Below are positions 1-14,114 of a DNA stretch of 124,000 bases, in pieces (within the stretch, counting starts at the first letter, position 1; each line of letters starts with the position of its first letter). The notes under the pieces are model-generated. The model was not told the DNA's origin. It did not search any database and saw only the letters and a program-made list of their open reading frames with translations. The DNA comes from Wallemia ichthyophaga EXF-994. Taxonomy: Eukaryota; Fungi; Basidiomycota. Location of the stretch: contig NW_008806280.1 of the NCBI RefSeq assembly GCF_000400465.1, positions 144,001 through 268,000 on the forward strand, read 5' to 3'. The translations under genes were made by a program, and so were the position numbers.

Positions 1-137
1 CTCAGTCTGTGTTGACGCTTTGGTGATCTTGTAGAGACAGTTGGGCTGTTTAAGAGGTTATTATTCAAGCCATTGAAGGTGGTATCTAAAAGATTATCCT
101 CATTATTATTCAACTCGAGGTTAATCGATTGATCCAT
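1..137 (-). CDS. 5' part of an unknown protein running off the window (MDQSINLELNNNEDNLLDTT...)
   Basis: ATG at 137 with an open frame to the window edge; divergent from the gene at 229. Confidence 0.4.
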   Translation of the reverse strand, partial: MDQSINLELNNNEDNLLDTTFNGLNNNLLNSPTVSTRSPKRQHRL

Positions 138-228
138 ATGATTGTTGGTGATAAACAGAACAATTTAATAGAGACGACCCTTGAATATTATAAGTGTAGC
201 TCACTATTATTCTTAATCACCGCCCATC

Positions 229-1110
229 ATGACCGACTCCAGTAAATACCGCTCCTTCTCAATCAACGCCGATCTACTAACCCAGTACAGCGTACGCCTA
301 TATAAATCCACATCAGTCATTCGGTATGTCTGATTATAAGCCTAGCAATGTAAAATGTTAGTTAGTTACGCCCTTTCCAACTACCCTGACAACCCGCAGC
401 GTTTCGAAAGAGACAGAGAGGTGGCCTAATCAGAGGGACGATCATTGGATTGATATTCAGATGGATCTTCTGTGTGCTAATACTCGGGATAGTCATCGCT
501 AGTGTGTTATAGTCTGATTACACAGTCACTCCTCTTACCCTCCTCAGTCGGCATAATCGCCACAATCGTTCTTTACGTAAAGCCACCAAATTTAGCCTTC
601 TTGGGCGTTGAGGAGCCAAATAATGGCAGTACCGTATCCGCTATCAACAACGCATTGAGCATAAACTTCGATTTGCAGATTCAAGTCGATAACCCAAACA
701 CCTTCGACATCACATTCAACGAACTCTACGCACAGCTCTTCTGGGGTGCTACTAACATCTCTATTGGCTATGGCAGAGTTGAGAATATCGATATTCGCAG
801 TGAGAACACCACAAATTTCAGATACCCGTTCCATATCGTCTATAAGGCTAGCTATGATCCTAATAGACAAGTCCTTGGTGGTTTACTTGACTCATGCGGT
901 CTCACAGATCCTAACAGCAAGCCTCCAATCGACATCCAATACGATCTCGATATCGACGTAAAAGCTCTTTCCGTAAATATCAAACAGACCATCAGCAATT
1001 CCATGTCTGTCACCTGCCCTGGCTTCAGTGAAAGCATGCTACAGGATGCTGTTGGCGATACTATCTCGGTAGATGTTTTGGTGGATGAGTTGACTAGAAA
1101 TCAACGCTAG
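229..1110 (+). CDS. Single-TM protein with LEA_2-like beta domain
   Basis: Hydrophobic segment followed by INFDLQIQVDNPNTFDITFNELYA-type LEA_2 pattern; small 5' exons inferred. Confidence 0.6.
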
Positions 1111-1166
1111 CTTTGTTAGCTCTTACTTGATTTATTTATTTCTATTAATAATGATAATGCATACGT

Positions 1167-3518
1167 CTAATTTCTTAGCAATGACAAAGCGTACTCCTCA
1201 TCGTCATCTATATCTCGTGTCTCACTTTCCTTCTTCTGCTTCTTCTGGCTCGATTCTTTGTCGTTGCTTTCACCATCACTACCACTCTCACCCTCAATCT
1301 CATCCTCATCACCCAAATCGAACTCCGGTGACACATAACCATCATCCTCGCCATCTCCAATAACAGCTTCAGCTGCATCATCGCTGTCGTCGCCCTCAAC
1401 CTCCCTATCCTTCCTCTTACGCTTCTTTTCATCACGTTTCTCCTTTGCAACTCTCTTATTCTCAACGTCAGCCAATTTGAGCTGTTTATTTTGTTCATCG
1501 ATAAACCGCTTCTTCTCATTATCGACGTCGACATCTTCCCCTTTCTGTAATTCGTACAGTTCATGCGCTTGTCCGTCCTCGTCGAAGCGCAATTTATGAC
1601 CAGGCTCGCTCTTCCCTGCGATCGCCTTCTTCGACTGACCCGCTCTAAGTTTCCGTTTTGAGAGGTTACCCGCAGCGTCATCTTCCTCTCCATCGCTACC
1701 ACCGCTCTCCAGCTCGTGATCGCGACGAGTGATTGTCATCAGCTCCTCATCCGACTCTCCCTCTCCCTCTCTATTCCTGTCTACAAGTGCATTGTAGTGC
1801 TCCGATAGCTGTCCTTGGTTCTTACGCTCGAAAAGTTTGTCATACTTGGTGCGCACCCCAGGTTTACTTTGTGATTCCTTTTGCGTTTGTTTCTGCAGCA
1901 CGTCAGTTTAAATCTACAAACTGCCAACACTTTTCAATCTCACCGCTAAATCAGTATCCTCACTATCATCTCCACTTTCCTGATTCTGCTCCTGCTCTTG
2001 CTCACTCTCACTCACCTCCTTCTTATCCTCCGCTCTCGCTCTTGCTTTCTCCGCCGCCATGAACTTAACCTTGGGCACACCAGGCAGACCGAGACTACCC
2101 GCGTATTCGCTGAGTGGGTAGCGCGTAACATCAAAGACCTCTTTATCCTTCATGAGATGCAGTGAGCGGACATAGCTAACGAAAGCCTTCTGAGCGAGGT
2201 ATTTGATTTCAGTATCTTGGAAAGCATGTGCTTGTAACGCATTCCCAATAGGTTGCATAAGTTTCTCCTTAATCTTAGTTCCTTTTGGCGTAATGTGTTT
2301 TTCTTCGAGTCTCTTTAACAATGCTTTCTCAGCAGGCTCGACTAGCATCAGCGCACATCCCTTGCTGTTGTAACGTGCTGTGCGTCCGACACGGTGTATA
2401 TAAGTGTCTGCATCTTCAGGCGCATCGAGTTGTACCACCCAGTCCACTGCAGGTATGTCCAACCCACGCGCTGCGATATCCGTCGCAAACAACACCGCAT
2501 GCGAAGCTCGACTGAACTGCGCAAGAGTCGCGTGCCGTTTCGCTTGCTTCAATTTACCGTGCAGCTGCATCAAACTTATACCAGGACGCAGGTGCGAGAA
2601 CGTCTCATATATGTGTCGTACTTGCTTACATGAGCTAGCGAATACGAGCACTTTGTTCTGTTTGTGACTCTTCACGAACCCGAATAAAACATCCAGTTTG
2701 CGGTGGAGAGGAACGAGTGAATAGAATTGCGCCAAATTCTTTGGTGTCGGATCTTCCCCATTATCCGTGTTTTTCAGCTCGACATAAGCTGGATCATTGA
2801 GACTCATCTTGGCAAGTGAGGCGACTGATGCGGATATAGTAGCCGAGAATAGCAAATTCTGACGCGTATGCGTTGGTGGTAGCTGGTCAATGATCGCGTG
2901 AACCGTCTTAGCGAATCCCAAATCAAGTATACGATCAGCTTCATCTAGGATCAGCATCTTGAGGTTATCGGCGCTAAAACCGTAAGTTTCGTCCATATGT
3001 TGTAGGAGACGACCAGGGGTGGCGATGAGAATGTTCATCTTATTCAGTCGCGTCTTCTCCTGCGCAACGTTCTTCCCTCCAATGAGCAGACCAGCAGAGA
3101 AAGTGTGATTGGTGCCTATAGCGTGGAGAACCTTGAATATTTGCAGCGCAAGCTCACGCGTTGGGGCTACGACGAGAGCACCTAGTCCATCAGTGCTCGA
3201 CCACTTTTCCTTGTACAACAGCTCGAGCATCGGCAGGAGATAGCTGAGCGTCTTACCACTGCCGGTGCGCGCTGAACCGACGAGATCCTTGCCTTTGAGC
3301 GCCAAATGCGTTGTCGCTGCTTGGATTTCCGTCATCTTAACGAATCCATTGCGCTTCATCCCCTTCTTGGTCTGCTGGGAGATAGGCAGCTCGTCGAACA
3401 GCTCAGTCTTCTCGCTCAGCTCCTTCTGGAGAGCGTGCATATCCCTGAGATTATTATCATCTGCCACACGCTTCTGATTTATGCGCTTGTAGGGTTTTGT
3501 CTGCTGCTTGGATTTCAT
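1167..3518 (-). CDS. DBP4: DEAD-box RNA helicase Dbp4/DDX10
   Basis: ARTGSGKT, PTRELA, DEAD, SAT, HRVGRTAR motifs; acidic/basic tail; one intron near 1902-1950. Confidence 0.93.
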
Positions 3519-3567
3519 CGTCGCGGCCAAAATGCAAGAGCAATACATCAACATACAAATAACCAAT

Positions 3568-5872
3568 TCAAGTCAAAATCTTAATGTCCTTATCCATCCC
3601 GCTCAAATACTCCAGTATAACCTCCCTCCTCTTATCCCAACCTTGTAATATTCTGTACCTGCTATCGTTGGATAAAATTTTCTCCATCTCGTCAATATTC
3701 ACCTGCTGAGCCAGCTGCTTGAGATCCTTATTCCCACCGCCGAACACGCCCTCGTCTGTCTCATCATCATCATCTTCCTCTGCTTTGAAGACCTTTTCTG
3801 CATCCTTTGTCGCATCTTCCTCCCCTTTCTTTACGCGGCCCCAGTATCCGACAAAGGAAGACTCTTTCAGAAGCTCCTTGAATTCCTTAACCGCGTTTCT
3901 AAACTTGGCTGCCTGCCACTCGACGTAGATTCTTTCTAGTTCTGCCACCGACGCGTCTAACACCTTCACCGCCACCTCGTCCTTGATCTTGTCGTGCACA
4001 TCTTCAAATGCATCATCGAGAGTCTTGAATTCCCTCTCAAAGAGCTCCTTCACCCCATTCACCCGCTTGTTGTAGATCCCATCGGCGTGCTCTTCGAAAA
4101 GGTCCCTCTTTCTTCTTACGCTGAGATCGACGTTGAATCTGCTGTCCTTGGCCAGCTCTCCTTCCAGCTCTCTCCACCTGATCTACATTTCCGTCAGTCA
4201 AATCAAAATTCCAGAACACCACCCACCTTGTGATTCCTCACCGTGTCTATCAACAAAGTCCGGTATTCTCTTTCAGCTTCATTGCCGGCTAGAGCAGTTT
4301 TGGACGCTTGCGTCTTCTTATCAAGACTTTCTCTTTCCTTATTGAAATTCTCTTGGCGTGCCTTAAGTGAGGCTTCAGCCCTGGCAGCTTTGTCTAGCTT
4401 TTTGGGCTCGTCTTCTATAGGCGCAGGTATTACGTTTTCTTCAGCTTTGGGTAATTCCTCTGGTTGCTCACCCGCCAATTCTTTCTTGTATGCGTTAAAG
4501 AGCGCTTCCTTGGTACTTCCCGACTGCAGCTTCTTATACGCAGAATGAGAAGAGAGTAGCGGTTTTAACTATTGAACTTTGTTAGCTTGGCAATGTGCAT
4601 ACACTCACACCGACCTCCTTGTAATCAGACTGAGCTGTAATATCGCTAGTGTCTCTCAGCAGCCTCTTGAATCCCTCCTCCACCTTCTGAGCTTCTTGGC
4701 GTTTAGCTGTCAAGTATAAAGTCAGCAATCACCAAAAGCAAAAGTCACTCTCACCTTCTCCCAACTCCCTTAACCACGATTTGAACACCTTTTCTCTCTC
4801 TTTGTCATCTCTACCGAATCCAAAGAAGCGTCTATCCTTCTTGAATGTCTTCCTGAATTCTTCGAAGCGCGCACGCGTGCTTGTAACCTCCGATCGAAGC
4901 AGCTCCCTGTAGCTGATGGCTGGGTCAACACTGACAGTACTCCTTTTCGCCGACTGCGCTTTATCCCTGCAATACTCATCGAATGCATCCTGCCTATCCT
5001 CGGTATTCCTCAGACTAGTATACCGGCTATCATTAACGAAAGTGGTAAGAGCCATATCCCAAGGCATGAGTGGATTGATATCATACTCCTCCAGCATGCT
5101 CTTGAACAGCGCGACGGCCTCTTCATGGTTATAGTTAGCTTCGATCTCTGCGGCTTTCTTCTCTTGGTATTCTCTCATACGTTCATTCTCCATCTCGCGC
5201 TGCTCAGCCAGCTCGGCATCGAGTATATTCTTATTGTGGTTGCGTTCTGCGTCCATTGCCGCCCGCGCTGCTGCTGCGTAGTCTGCGTCGTCTCCACCGT
5301 CACCGCTGCCGTCTTCATTTTCTCCATCCTCTCTGGCTTTCTTCGGCTCAACGTCTATCCAGCCGCTATCACCGGGCTCCTTCTGCTCACGCTTCCGCTT
5401 CTTCTCTGCAGCAGCAGCATTCCCATTCTGCTCGTCCTCTTCTAGCTGCGACACCTGCGATGCTATCTCAGCAGGCACCTCCCACACACTTTCCTTGCGC
5501 TCAGTGTGGAGGTAGAAGGTATTTCCGAGATTTGTCGTTATCCTCATCCACGCTGTACCTTCTATCGATGTCTTTTTCGCTGGTTTTTCTTTCTTGGTCT
5601 TCTTCGTCTGGCTTGGCTGTGCTGCAGGCGCAGCTGGCGCTTGCATCGGTGCTGGCGGCGGTGCCATTTGCATTTGCATTTGCATTCCAGCAGGTGGCAC
5701 AGGTAGCGGTCTCTTGTATGTGGATTTCTTTGTACTGGCGTTGTAGTAGTAAGGTGTACCCGACGGAGCTGAGCGATTTGCCTGTTAAATCACCTTATTG
5801 CACTCTAGCATCTCACCCACCCTTATGCTCTGTCCATCCTTCCGGCAGCGGTGGTGGTGGTATTCCATTCAT
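3568..5872 (-). CDS. WW + FF domain protein (Tcerg1/Urn1/Prp40 family)
   Basis: N-terminal WW (LPEGWTEH...YYYN), second WW (AWMRITTNLGNTFY), FF repeats (FKSMLEEYDINPLMPWD). Confidence 0.8.
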
Positions 5873-5952
5873 TTTGATAGTATCGGTGAGAGAATTAACA
5901 CGCTTAAAACAAGGAAAGTAAACGTAAATGAAATAAATAGTCTATATTGCTT

Positions 5953-8900
5953 TTACTCTTGCAACAGATGCGCGTAATCGTCTGCACTAGCAAACATAGG
6001 TAACGCCTTCTTAGCTTTCTTGGCCGCTCTAGCTTCCTTGTTGTTACGTTTGCGCTTTCCGCTGACTTCTTCCTCCTCCTCTGGTTCACTACCGTCCTCC
6101 TCATCCTCATCTGCGCCAGGAACCTCCATGTCCTCATCAATAGACAACAGGTCATCCTCTTCGTCATCGAGACCACCAACACCTCCTTCGTTGTCCTCAT
6201 CATCCTTGTCCTCGTTATCCTCACCATCCTCATCATCCTCATCGGATTCTGAATCTGCTTTAGCTGCTTTGTCTTCCTCACCTTCAGCTTCGGCATCACT
6301 GTCCTCCAACATGGCAGGATCGACGTGGTCTTCATCACTCTCTTCGAGGTCGTCATTCTCCTGTCCTGGCATCGTAGCTTGCATAGCCTAAAGAGTGGTT
6401 AGAATTTACCATAAAACCAATTCAGACGATGCGCACCTTCCAGATCTCATCCTCGTCGAACTCTTCCTTATCATCAGATGCAGCATCGTTATCGCCATCC
6501 TCCTTCTCATCCTTCTGCTCATCCTCATCATCGAGATTGACATCTTGACCTTGGTCAGTATCATCGTCACTCTCGCCCACACCTTCATCGTCAGAAGCCT
6601 TCTTGCGCTTATCCCTCTTAGATGCTTTATCTTCCAACCTCTTGTTACGCTGATTGAAGAATTTATGGAAGAAAAGCTGATCAGGAGCTACATTTGCCTC
6701 CTTCTTCCTCATAAACTCGTTGCTGTTCATCATCAACTCTCTAGTAGCACCCTTGACATTAGAGACAGTTTGTGATCGGTCAGACGCAGCAATAGGTTGC
6801 ATGAGCGATGCACCCTTTGGCTTGATGTCTTTCTTTGGATTCTTGTAGACGAATCTGTCGAGGAAATGCATGAGTGTGTTGAGGTTGAGATCCGATGAAG
6901 TTTTCACCACTTCTCCATTCAGTAGCTGCTTAGCCTGAATAGATACAGAGGGGTGATAGTGCTTTGTGAATGGTATCAACTCCCACAGACAACTGTGCTG
7001 AGCATTGCTATATTGAGGATCGCGCTTGAACTTGTCGTAAGACGTCGAAGCTACTCCACCACTCTCATTCTCTTCCTCCTCATCCAACATCGCTCTCAAT
7101 GAGGGATGGCTAGCGAATATGCCGTTGAGATGGTAGAATGCACCGCAAATGAATGAAGGTGATTGTCCGAGTAGCATTTGCAATATACGCTTCACAAACG
7201 CTGCTACTCGGGCATTCGATGGATCTCTCTTCATAGCCGAGAACAACAAGTTGAGGTACATGGACTGCTTTGACGAGCCTCCCAGTCTTGGATCCAGCAG
7301 CGACTCATACAATGCACGGTAAAATCTGTCTGAGACTGTGTCCTTTATAATCGTTATTTGGTAGATTAGTTGTAATGCTTGAATAGCTATGTTGAAGGTA
7401 CCAGTGTGGGTGATTCTAAACAGAGTATTCATGTAATTATCGAAACTGAATTTGTCAGTACTGCGAATGTAAAGTCATTGGACTCACATTTTTTCATCAA
7501 TATCAGCGTATGGCATGGCACGGTGTACGCCGGCCAAAATACCGGCAACCATCTTAGACTTTTTCTCCTCAAGAGCCTCAGGATCATCTTCGACATCTTC
7601 CTTCTTGTCTTTCTTAACATTCTTACCTTGGTTTTTCTTACCCTTCTTAGCATTCTTAGCATCCTCCTTGGATTTCTTCACCAATGTTTCCTCCTCCCTG
7701 AGGAAATCTTTGAAGCAGTTAAAGTATATTTCTATCAGTTTGTTTGCAACGCCAGTGTCAGCCTTTGTGAACATGATCTGATTTAATGTAATAATCGCGT
7801 AGTACTTGGCAGAGTCTGACATGTTTGGACGGAAGATGAGATCACCGACTTCGCGACTGATAATGCCTTTCATTGCAGGGTGAGCTTGCAAGACAACAAG
7901 CAGCTGATTAGAAGCTTTTGATGCTACTTGACGAGAAGGATCACCCTATCCTTGATTTAGTTTTGTTATTGAGAAAAAGAAAATACCTACCAACTTGTTT
8001 ACTAGTAGTCTAAGCAGATTATGCTCCTGCTCTGGCTTGTTTTTCAAAAGCTGGAAGATGAGCATGACAGCTTGCTGCCTTACAAAGACGAGATTGTCAT
8101 GAGTGATCGACTGAAGTATGTCAGCATACTATAAGCCCCAAAGAAAGCTCAACTCACCTCAAGTAGCTGCAAAACCTCAAAGAAATATCCCTTGAACCAA
8201 TTTTCAAAGGCCCAGAAAGTGAGATGCTTATCGGTTGCACCCTGATGGGTGAGGTTGGGCTGATCGGCGATATAAACCAGCTTTCTGTTAGAAGGTAGAC
8301 CGTGTGGACCAGCCAACCAATCAACTAGGGCCTTCATTGCCCTGAGTGCCTCTTCACGCTTAGGTTTTGCAGCCATATTCTTGAGAGATTCGAGACTGGA
8401 AATGTTATGGATAGGCGACTCAGCAACCAAGAGGGCGAGTGCGGAGACTCTATCATTAAGAGTACCAGACTTAAGCATCTGATCCAAGAATTTCTTATCA
8501 GAAGCAGAGACGGCTGAGCTTGAAGAGGCGATCTTTGGTAGATCTTCGAGTAGCTTCTGTGCGTGTGATATCTGCCCATCAGAAGTCAACGATTTGCTAG
8601 TGTTAGCCTTGGATTTTGAGAGTTGAGGGAGAGGCTGAAGGAACCATTGAGGAATTTGGACGAACGGACCGTTTGGATCGATTTCACTGAGCGGGTCTGC
8701 GTCTGCGTCTTGCTCAAATTGATTATCACCTTCTTGACTAGAATCTTCTTGCTCGCTGTCGTCGTGATTTTCATCATCGCTAGCAGAAGCAGCCTTCACG
8801 TCAGTCTCGCTACCGTTGGCATCGACATGATCATCGTTATCGTCATCTTCCTCTTCCTCTTCCTGAGGCTTAGCAGAGTTGAAGTCGAGAGATTTGTATA

Positions 8901-9165
8901 AATCCTTCAAATCTTTCAATAAAGCTGGGTCATTCTGCTCGCCGCTATTAAACACGTGCTCGTCATCACTGTCGACGCCTTGGAACAGCTTCAAATCGTC
9001 TTCATCGCCGCCGAGAGCGAGAACTTCCTTCTTGAGGTCGTTGTGGGGAGCATGTTGAGGATGTTGTGGCTGCTGCTGCTGCAATTTACCACGCTTATCC
9101 TGCGTGCTCTTCTTATCCCCCTTCTTATTCCCGTTTCCTTTCTGTTTGAATTTATTAGGCGCCAT
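5953..9165 (-). CDS. MAK21: Ribosome biogenesis factor Mak21/Noc1 (CBF domain)
   Basis: SGTLNDRVSALALL, CBF domain DRFYRALY, C-terminal FASADDY. Confidence 0.92.
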
Positions 9166-9217
9166 AGATGGTCGAACGAGATGAAGAGATTGTTGATTCG
9201 AAACGGTCAAGACAAAA

Positions 9218-10197
9218 ATGCCGAAAGCCGAAGCGGGATCATCGAAAGCAGTTGGAAATGCCATGAAGGCTAAAGGTGAGTTGTGATTGTATAGCCACCG
9301 CCAACTCTCATGCTCACGAATCCCAGGCCTCGGGAGATTAAGATGGTATTGTCAAGTATGTGAGAAGCAGTGCAGAGACGAGAACGGCTACAAGTGCCAC
9401 ACGCAATCTGAGAGTCACCTGAGAGCGATGCTTCACGTCGGCGAGAATGCAGGCAAGTTTATATCCGACGCTTCCCAACAATTCCAGCGTGAATTCGTTA
9501 TTCTTCTTTCAAGAAGGTGAGTTTGAGCGTGTTATCTGGAATGCAGCGATTGTAACCAACACGCAACAGACACGGCACTAATCGCGTTGCTGTCAACACC
9601 GTTTACCAGGAGTTCATCGCCGATAAGCACCACCTCCACATGAACGCCACTCGCTGGGTAACGCTGACGGAATTCACAAAGTACCTTGGCAGAGCTGGTA
9701 TTGTTCGTGTCGATGAAACTGAACAGGGTTTGTACGTCAGCTGGATCGATAACTCCCCTCAAGCTCTCGCACGCCAGGAGGCAAGTCTTAAGAAGGACAG
9801 ACAGCATATGGATGATGAGCAGCGTGAGCGTAAGATGATTGCTGAGCAAATCGAAAGAGCAAAGCTTCAAGGTGACGGTGTTCCTAAAGAGCATAAACCT
9901 AGTGTCCTCAACAAGGGTGACGCTCCTATTAAACTCTCTTTGAATTCAAACTCATCTGGTCAGAGTAGTGCTCCTAAGATTTCACTCAAGCCGACTGCTG
10001 CTGCTGCACCCGCATCCACGCAGAAACCAGCTAACGTCTTCAAAGCTGCTAAACAATCTAAAGCAACACCCGTTACACAGACTCCACACCAAACCAAACC
10101 AAAGTCGGCTATGGAGTCGCTCATGATTGGTAACGAGGAACGCAAGAAGCGTCTAGCTGAGCGTGAGCAAGGCCAGAATAAGAAGGTGAAGCTTTAG
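9218..10197 (+). CDS. RTS2: KIN17/Rts2 zinc-finger protein
   Basis: MKAKGLGRLRWYCQVCEKQCRDENGYKCH, HMNATRWVTLTEF. Confidence 0.92.
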
Positions 10198-10432
10198 CGT
10201 GTCACCGCGTCATCACCTCAACTCCACACTGTACTTTTCTATCAATGTAATAATATATGCATATACGGTTGAATGTCTAGAATACAGTTGAATGTTATGC
10301 AAATACGGTCGTTAGGTGTTGAACAATGGCAATGACTTGATGAGAGTGATTGAAACATAGAATAACCAGGGAGTGAAAATCATGAAACTGTTGAGGTTCA
10401 TAGTCTGTAAGCTGCCTTGCGAGCTATACCAT

Positions 10433-13400
10433 CTACTCCGCCATTTCCTCTACACTTGGACAGCTACAGGTAAGGTTACGATCACCATATGCTATCACAC
10501 TATCAGTAAACTACCATCACGCCCATAAATTCACTCACCATCATCCACTCTCCCCACAGAAGGCCAGAACTTGTTATTGGCGAGGTAAGCGAGAGGATAA
10601 ACGGCCTTTTGGCGTGAGTATGGTCGTGTAGCAGCCCACTTGTCATCTGACCAAGCGAGAGATGAGAGAGTATGAGGGGCATTCTTGATAACGTTAAGCA
10701 CGCGATCCGCTTTTCCATTTGCCACCTCATCAGCCTCCCCCTTGATATGAATGAGTGCATCAATAAACCTATCGAGCGTCTCCTTGTTTTCTGACTCAGT
10801 AGGCTCTATTAGCATAGCAGATGTGATTGGCCAGGAACAGGTTGGTGGATGAACGCCAAAGTCCTGTGAAGAGGTGGAAAGGGTCAGTAAGTGTCATTAC
10901 ATCCATACGCATCACAAACTCACCTGCAACCGCTTGGCGAAATCCATCACCTTTAATCCACTTTCTTCGAAATTAGCCAAATCTAAAAGCAGCTCATGCG
11001 CCACAGCCCCTTTTGAGTTAACGAAACGGACATTGAAATGCCCTTCTAGCCTTTTCTTGATATAGTTGGCATTGAGGAGGGCAATTTTAGACGACTCAGT
11101 GAGGCCACTCCCGCCCAGCATTTTAATATACGCCCAGCTGATGGTGAGGATGCTAGCGCTGCCTTGCGCAGCAGCACTGACAGGTGTGAGTGACGAATCT
11201 GTACCGTGCGGCGAGAGAGGATGACCAGGTAAAAATGGTACGAGATGTTCAGCAACGCATATAGGTCCTACACCCGGTCCACCACCACCATGTGGAATCG
11301 AAAACGTTTTGTGCAAATTCAAGTGACAAACATCTCCACCACAGGTGTATGGGTTAGTCAAACCAACTTGTGCATTCAGATTGGCTCCATCGAGATAAAC
11401 TTGCCCTCCCTTATCGTGGACTAGCTTGCATGCCTCTTGCACACCTTCCTCGAATACTCCAAATGTTGATGGATAGGTGACCATGAAAGCTGCGAGATTC
11501 TCACTGTATTCTTCACACTTTCCGCGCAGGTCTTCCATATCTAACCGTCCATCCTTGAGCGTCTTGATTGGGACTACTTTCATCCCTGCCATCACCGCCG
11601 AGGCGGGATTTGTGCCGTGAGCTGAGAGAGGAATGAGACATATGTTTCGTTTTCCGCCATCCCCTTTGCTTTCATGATACGCTTTGATTACTGACAGGCC
11701 TGCGAATTCACCCTGCGCACCACTGTTTGGTTGCAGCGATGTCGCACTAAACCCTGTGATAGCAGCCAAGTCATCCTCCAATTCCCTTATCATCTTAGCA
11801 TACCCTTGAGCTTGGTCTATTGGCACGAACGGGTGAACACTCGACCACTCAGGCTGGGTGAATGGAATCATTGAGCTTGTTGAATTCAACTTCATAGTGC
11901 AGCTACCAAGTGGAATCATGTTGTGAACAAGCGAAAGATCCTTGCCCTGTAGGTAGTAGATATACCTCAAAAGCTCAGTCTCTGATTGATACCTGTTGAA
12001 AGTCTCGTGTTGGAGATAGGATGATTGTCTCTGAAGTTTTTCATCTGCAGCTACTTGCAGTGTAGGCAGAGTGTGACGGGTGAGGTTAAGATCGAGCGCA
12101 ATTTCCTCCAAAGCTTGCGGACGTGTGAGGTCTTTAGCAGCTTGGGATGCTTCTATGCCGCGGGCTGTTCTGGCCTGGGAGAAAACATCCAATAGCGTAA
12201 GTATGTCCTTCTCGGTGACACTCTCATCGAGCGTGATCCCGACTGTGTGGTCGTCCACGCGACGCAAGTTTATGCCATTCGCTATAGCGGCAGCGTGCGT
12301 CGACTCAGCTGATGCGACATGAACAGTGAGCGTATCGAAGTAACTGTCTCGATTCTTGACCGTGAATCCCTCTTTTTCGATACCCAGCTTAAGCACTTTT
12401 GTGAGAGCGTGAACTTTGGCTGCTATCTGACGCAAGCCCTGGGGACCATGATAAACAGCATACATAGCAGCCATGTTTGCAAGCAATGCCTGTGCTGTGC
12501 AGATGTTCGAAGTAGCTTTATCGCGTCTGATGTGCTGCTCTCTCGTTTGAAGAGCAAGTCTATAGGCTATTTTGCCGTCGGAATCTTTTGATACACCAAT
12601 CAACCTTCCTGGCATCCTACGCTTGAGGGCGTCTGAGCAGGCGAAGAATGCTGCATGAGGACCACCCTGGTTGGAAATGTTAGAAGATTTTCGACGACGG
12701 TAATGTAAACCTCACGTATCCCAATGGAACACCGAATCTAGCAGAGTTGCCAACGCAGATATCAGCACCAAACTCGCCTGGTGGCTTGAGCAGAGTGAGA
12801 GCCAAGAGATCAGTTGCGCAGACAGCAAGACCACTAAGGCTGTGAACTTGGCTGATTAGGTTGGAGTAGTCTTGGATGGCGCCGTCAATATTTGGCTGAA
12901 CACGGTGTCAGAAGAGCAATGAAAAAGAGTATCGACACTCACATACTGGAACAAAGCACCAACAAGGTCAGAACGTATATTGTCCTTCTGTAAAAGATCA
13001 TTAATGTCGCCGTGGACAACGTTGATACCAAGACCACGAGCGCGAGTGTGAAGAACAGCGAGAGTCTGAGGCAAGACACCAGAATCGACGATGAAAGTGC
13101 GCTTGCTACCTTTTGCGGTACCGAAAGCAATAACCATAGCCTCTGCAGCAGCAGTAGCCTCATCGAGCAAAGAAGCATTAGCGATGTCCATTCCGGTGAG
13201 AGAAGACACCATAGTCTGGTAATTAAGCAAGGACTCGAGTCTGCCCTGAGAAATTTCAGGCTGATAGGGCGTATAGCTGGTATACCAAGCAGGATTTTCA
13301 GTGATGTTGCGGAGAATGATTGGTGGAGTGACAGCGTTGTGATAGCCCATGCCTATGTACGATTTAAAGAGTTTGTTCTGGCTGCCGAGCTGCTTGGCGC

Positions 13401-13731
13401 GAGCAAGAAGCTCCGATTCGGAGAGTGGGGGAATGGAAGAGTCGTTGATGGAGTCGTGGATGCGTATATTCGCAGGCACAGCGTCATTGATGAAGTGGTC
13501 AAATGACGTGTAGCCGAGTGAATCGAGCATTTGGTCGACATGGGCAGAGCGTGGGCCAACGTGGCGGCGGGTGAAGGAGTCAAGTGGAGCGAATATGCTG
13601 TTCGCCGTGGTTGGTGGCGCGTCAGCCACCTCGAAAGTAGCCAATGAGCGTAGGCATTGGCTGGTCGTGCTTGTGCGGCATCTGAGAGATCTGAGAGACC
13701 TAAGAGACGTGAGAGCCCCAGATCTTAACAT
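10433..13731 (-). CDS. GCV2: Glycine decarboxylase P-protein
   Basis: YIGMGY, YTPYQPEISQGRLE, LNLHKTFSIPHGGGGPG, C-terminal YGDRNLTCSCP. Confidence 0.96.
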
Positions 13732-14114
13732 TTTGAATTGAATTTAGCTGATATTTGGGCGTTTCAGACAAGATGATAAAACCAATTAACCAAATTAACC
13801 AACGGGATCCCGGAAATACTGATAAAACTGATCGATAGACACATGCTCATCTCGCTTAGACTGCGGCAGCTATACTGGCTGGCTCAGCTGGTGTAATCAA
13901 TTGAGCTGTAAATTCCAGTCACGCGGCTTATCTGGATACCCTGTTAGCCCTGGATGCCCCATCACAGCGATCCATGTAAGCGTGTTGATTGAAATATAAA
14001 AATATAAAAACATCAGCGCTATCATGTGTTTTCGTATGCCATTTTCTATCGGACACGACCGGAGACTTGTTAGACTGGAAACACGTCATCTCTCTCACCT
14101 CTTACACTCGCAAA

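Noticed and set aside
1127-8901. Long antisense ORFs rich in Ser, Leu and His over DBP4, the WW/FF gene and MAK21 (and similar elsewhere)
   Set aside because: Shadow frames of acidic or Lys-rich low-complexity coding sequence
13860-13930. Hairpin GCTCA..TGAGC with A-box-like TGGCTCAGCTGG in the GCV2/CRC1 spacer
   Set aside because: No full cloverleaf or snRNA/snoRNA boxes; too weak without a covariance search
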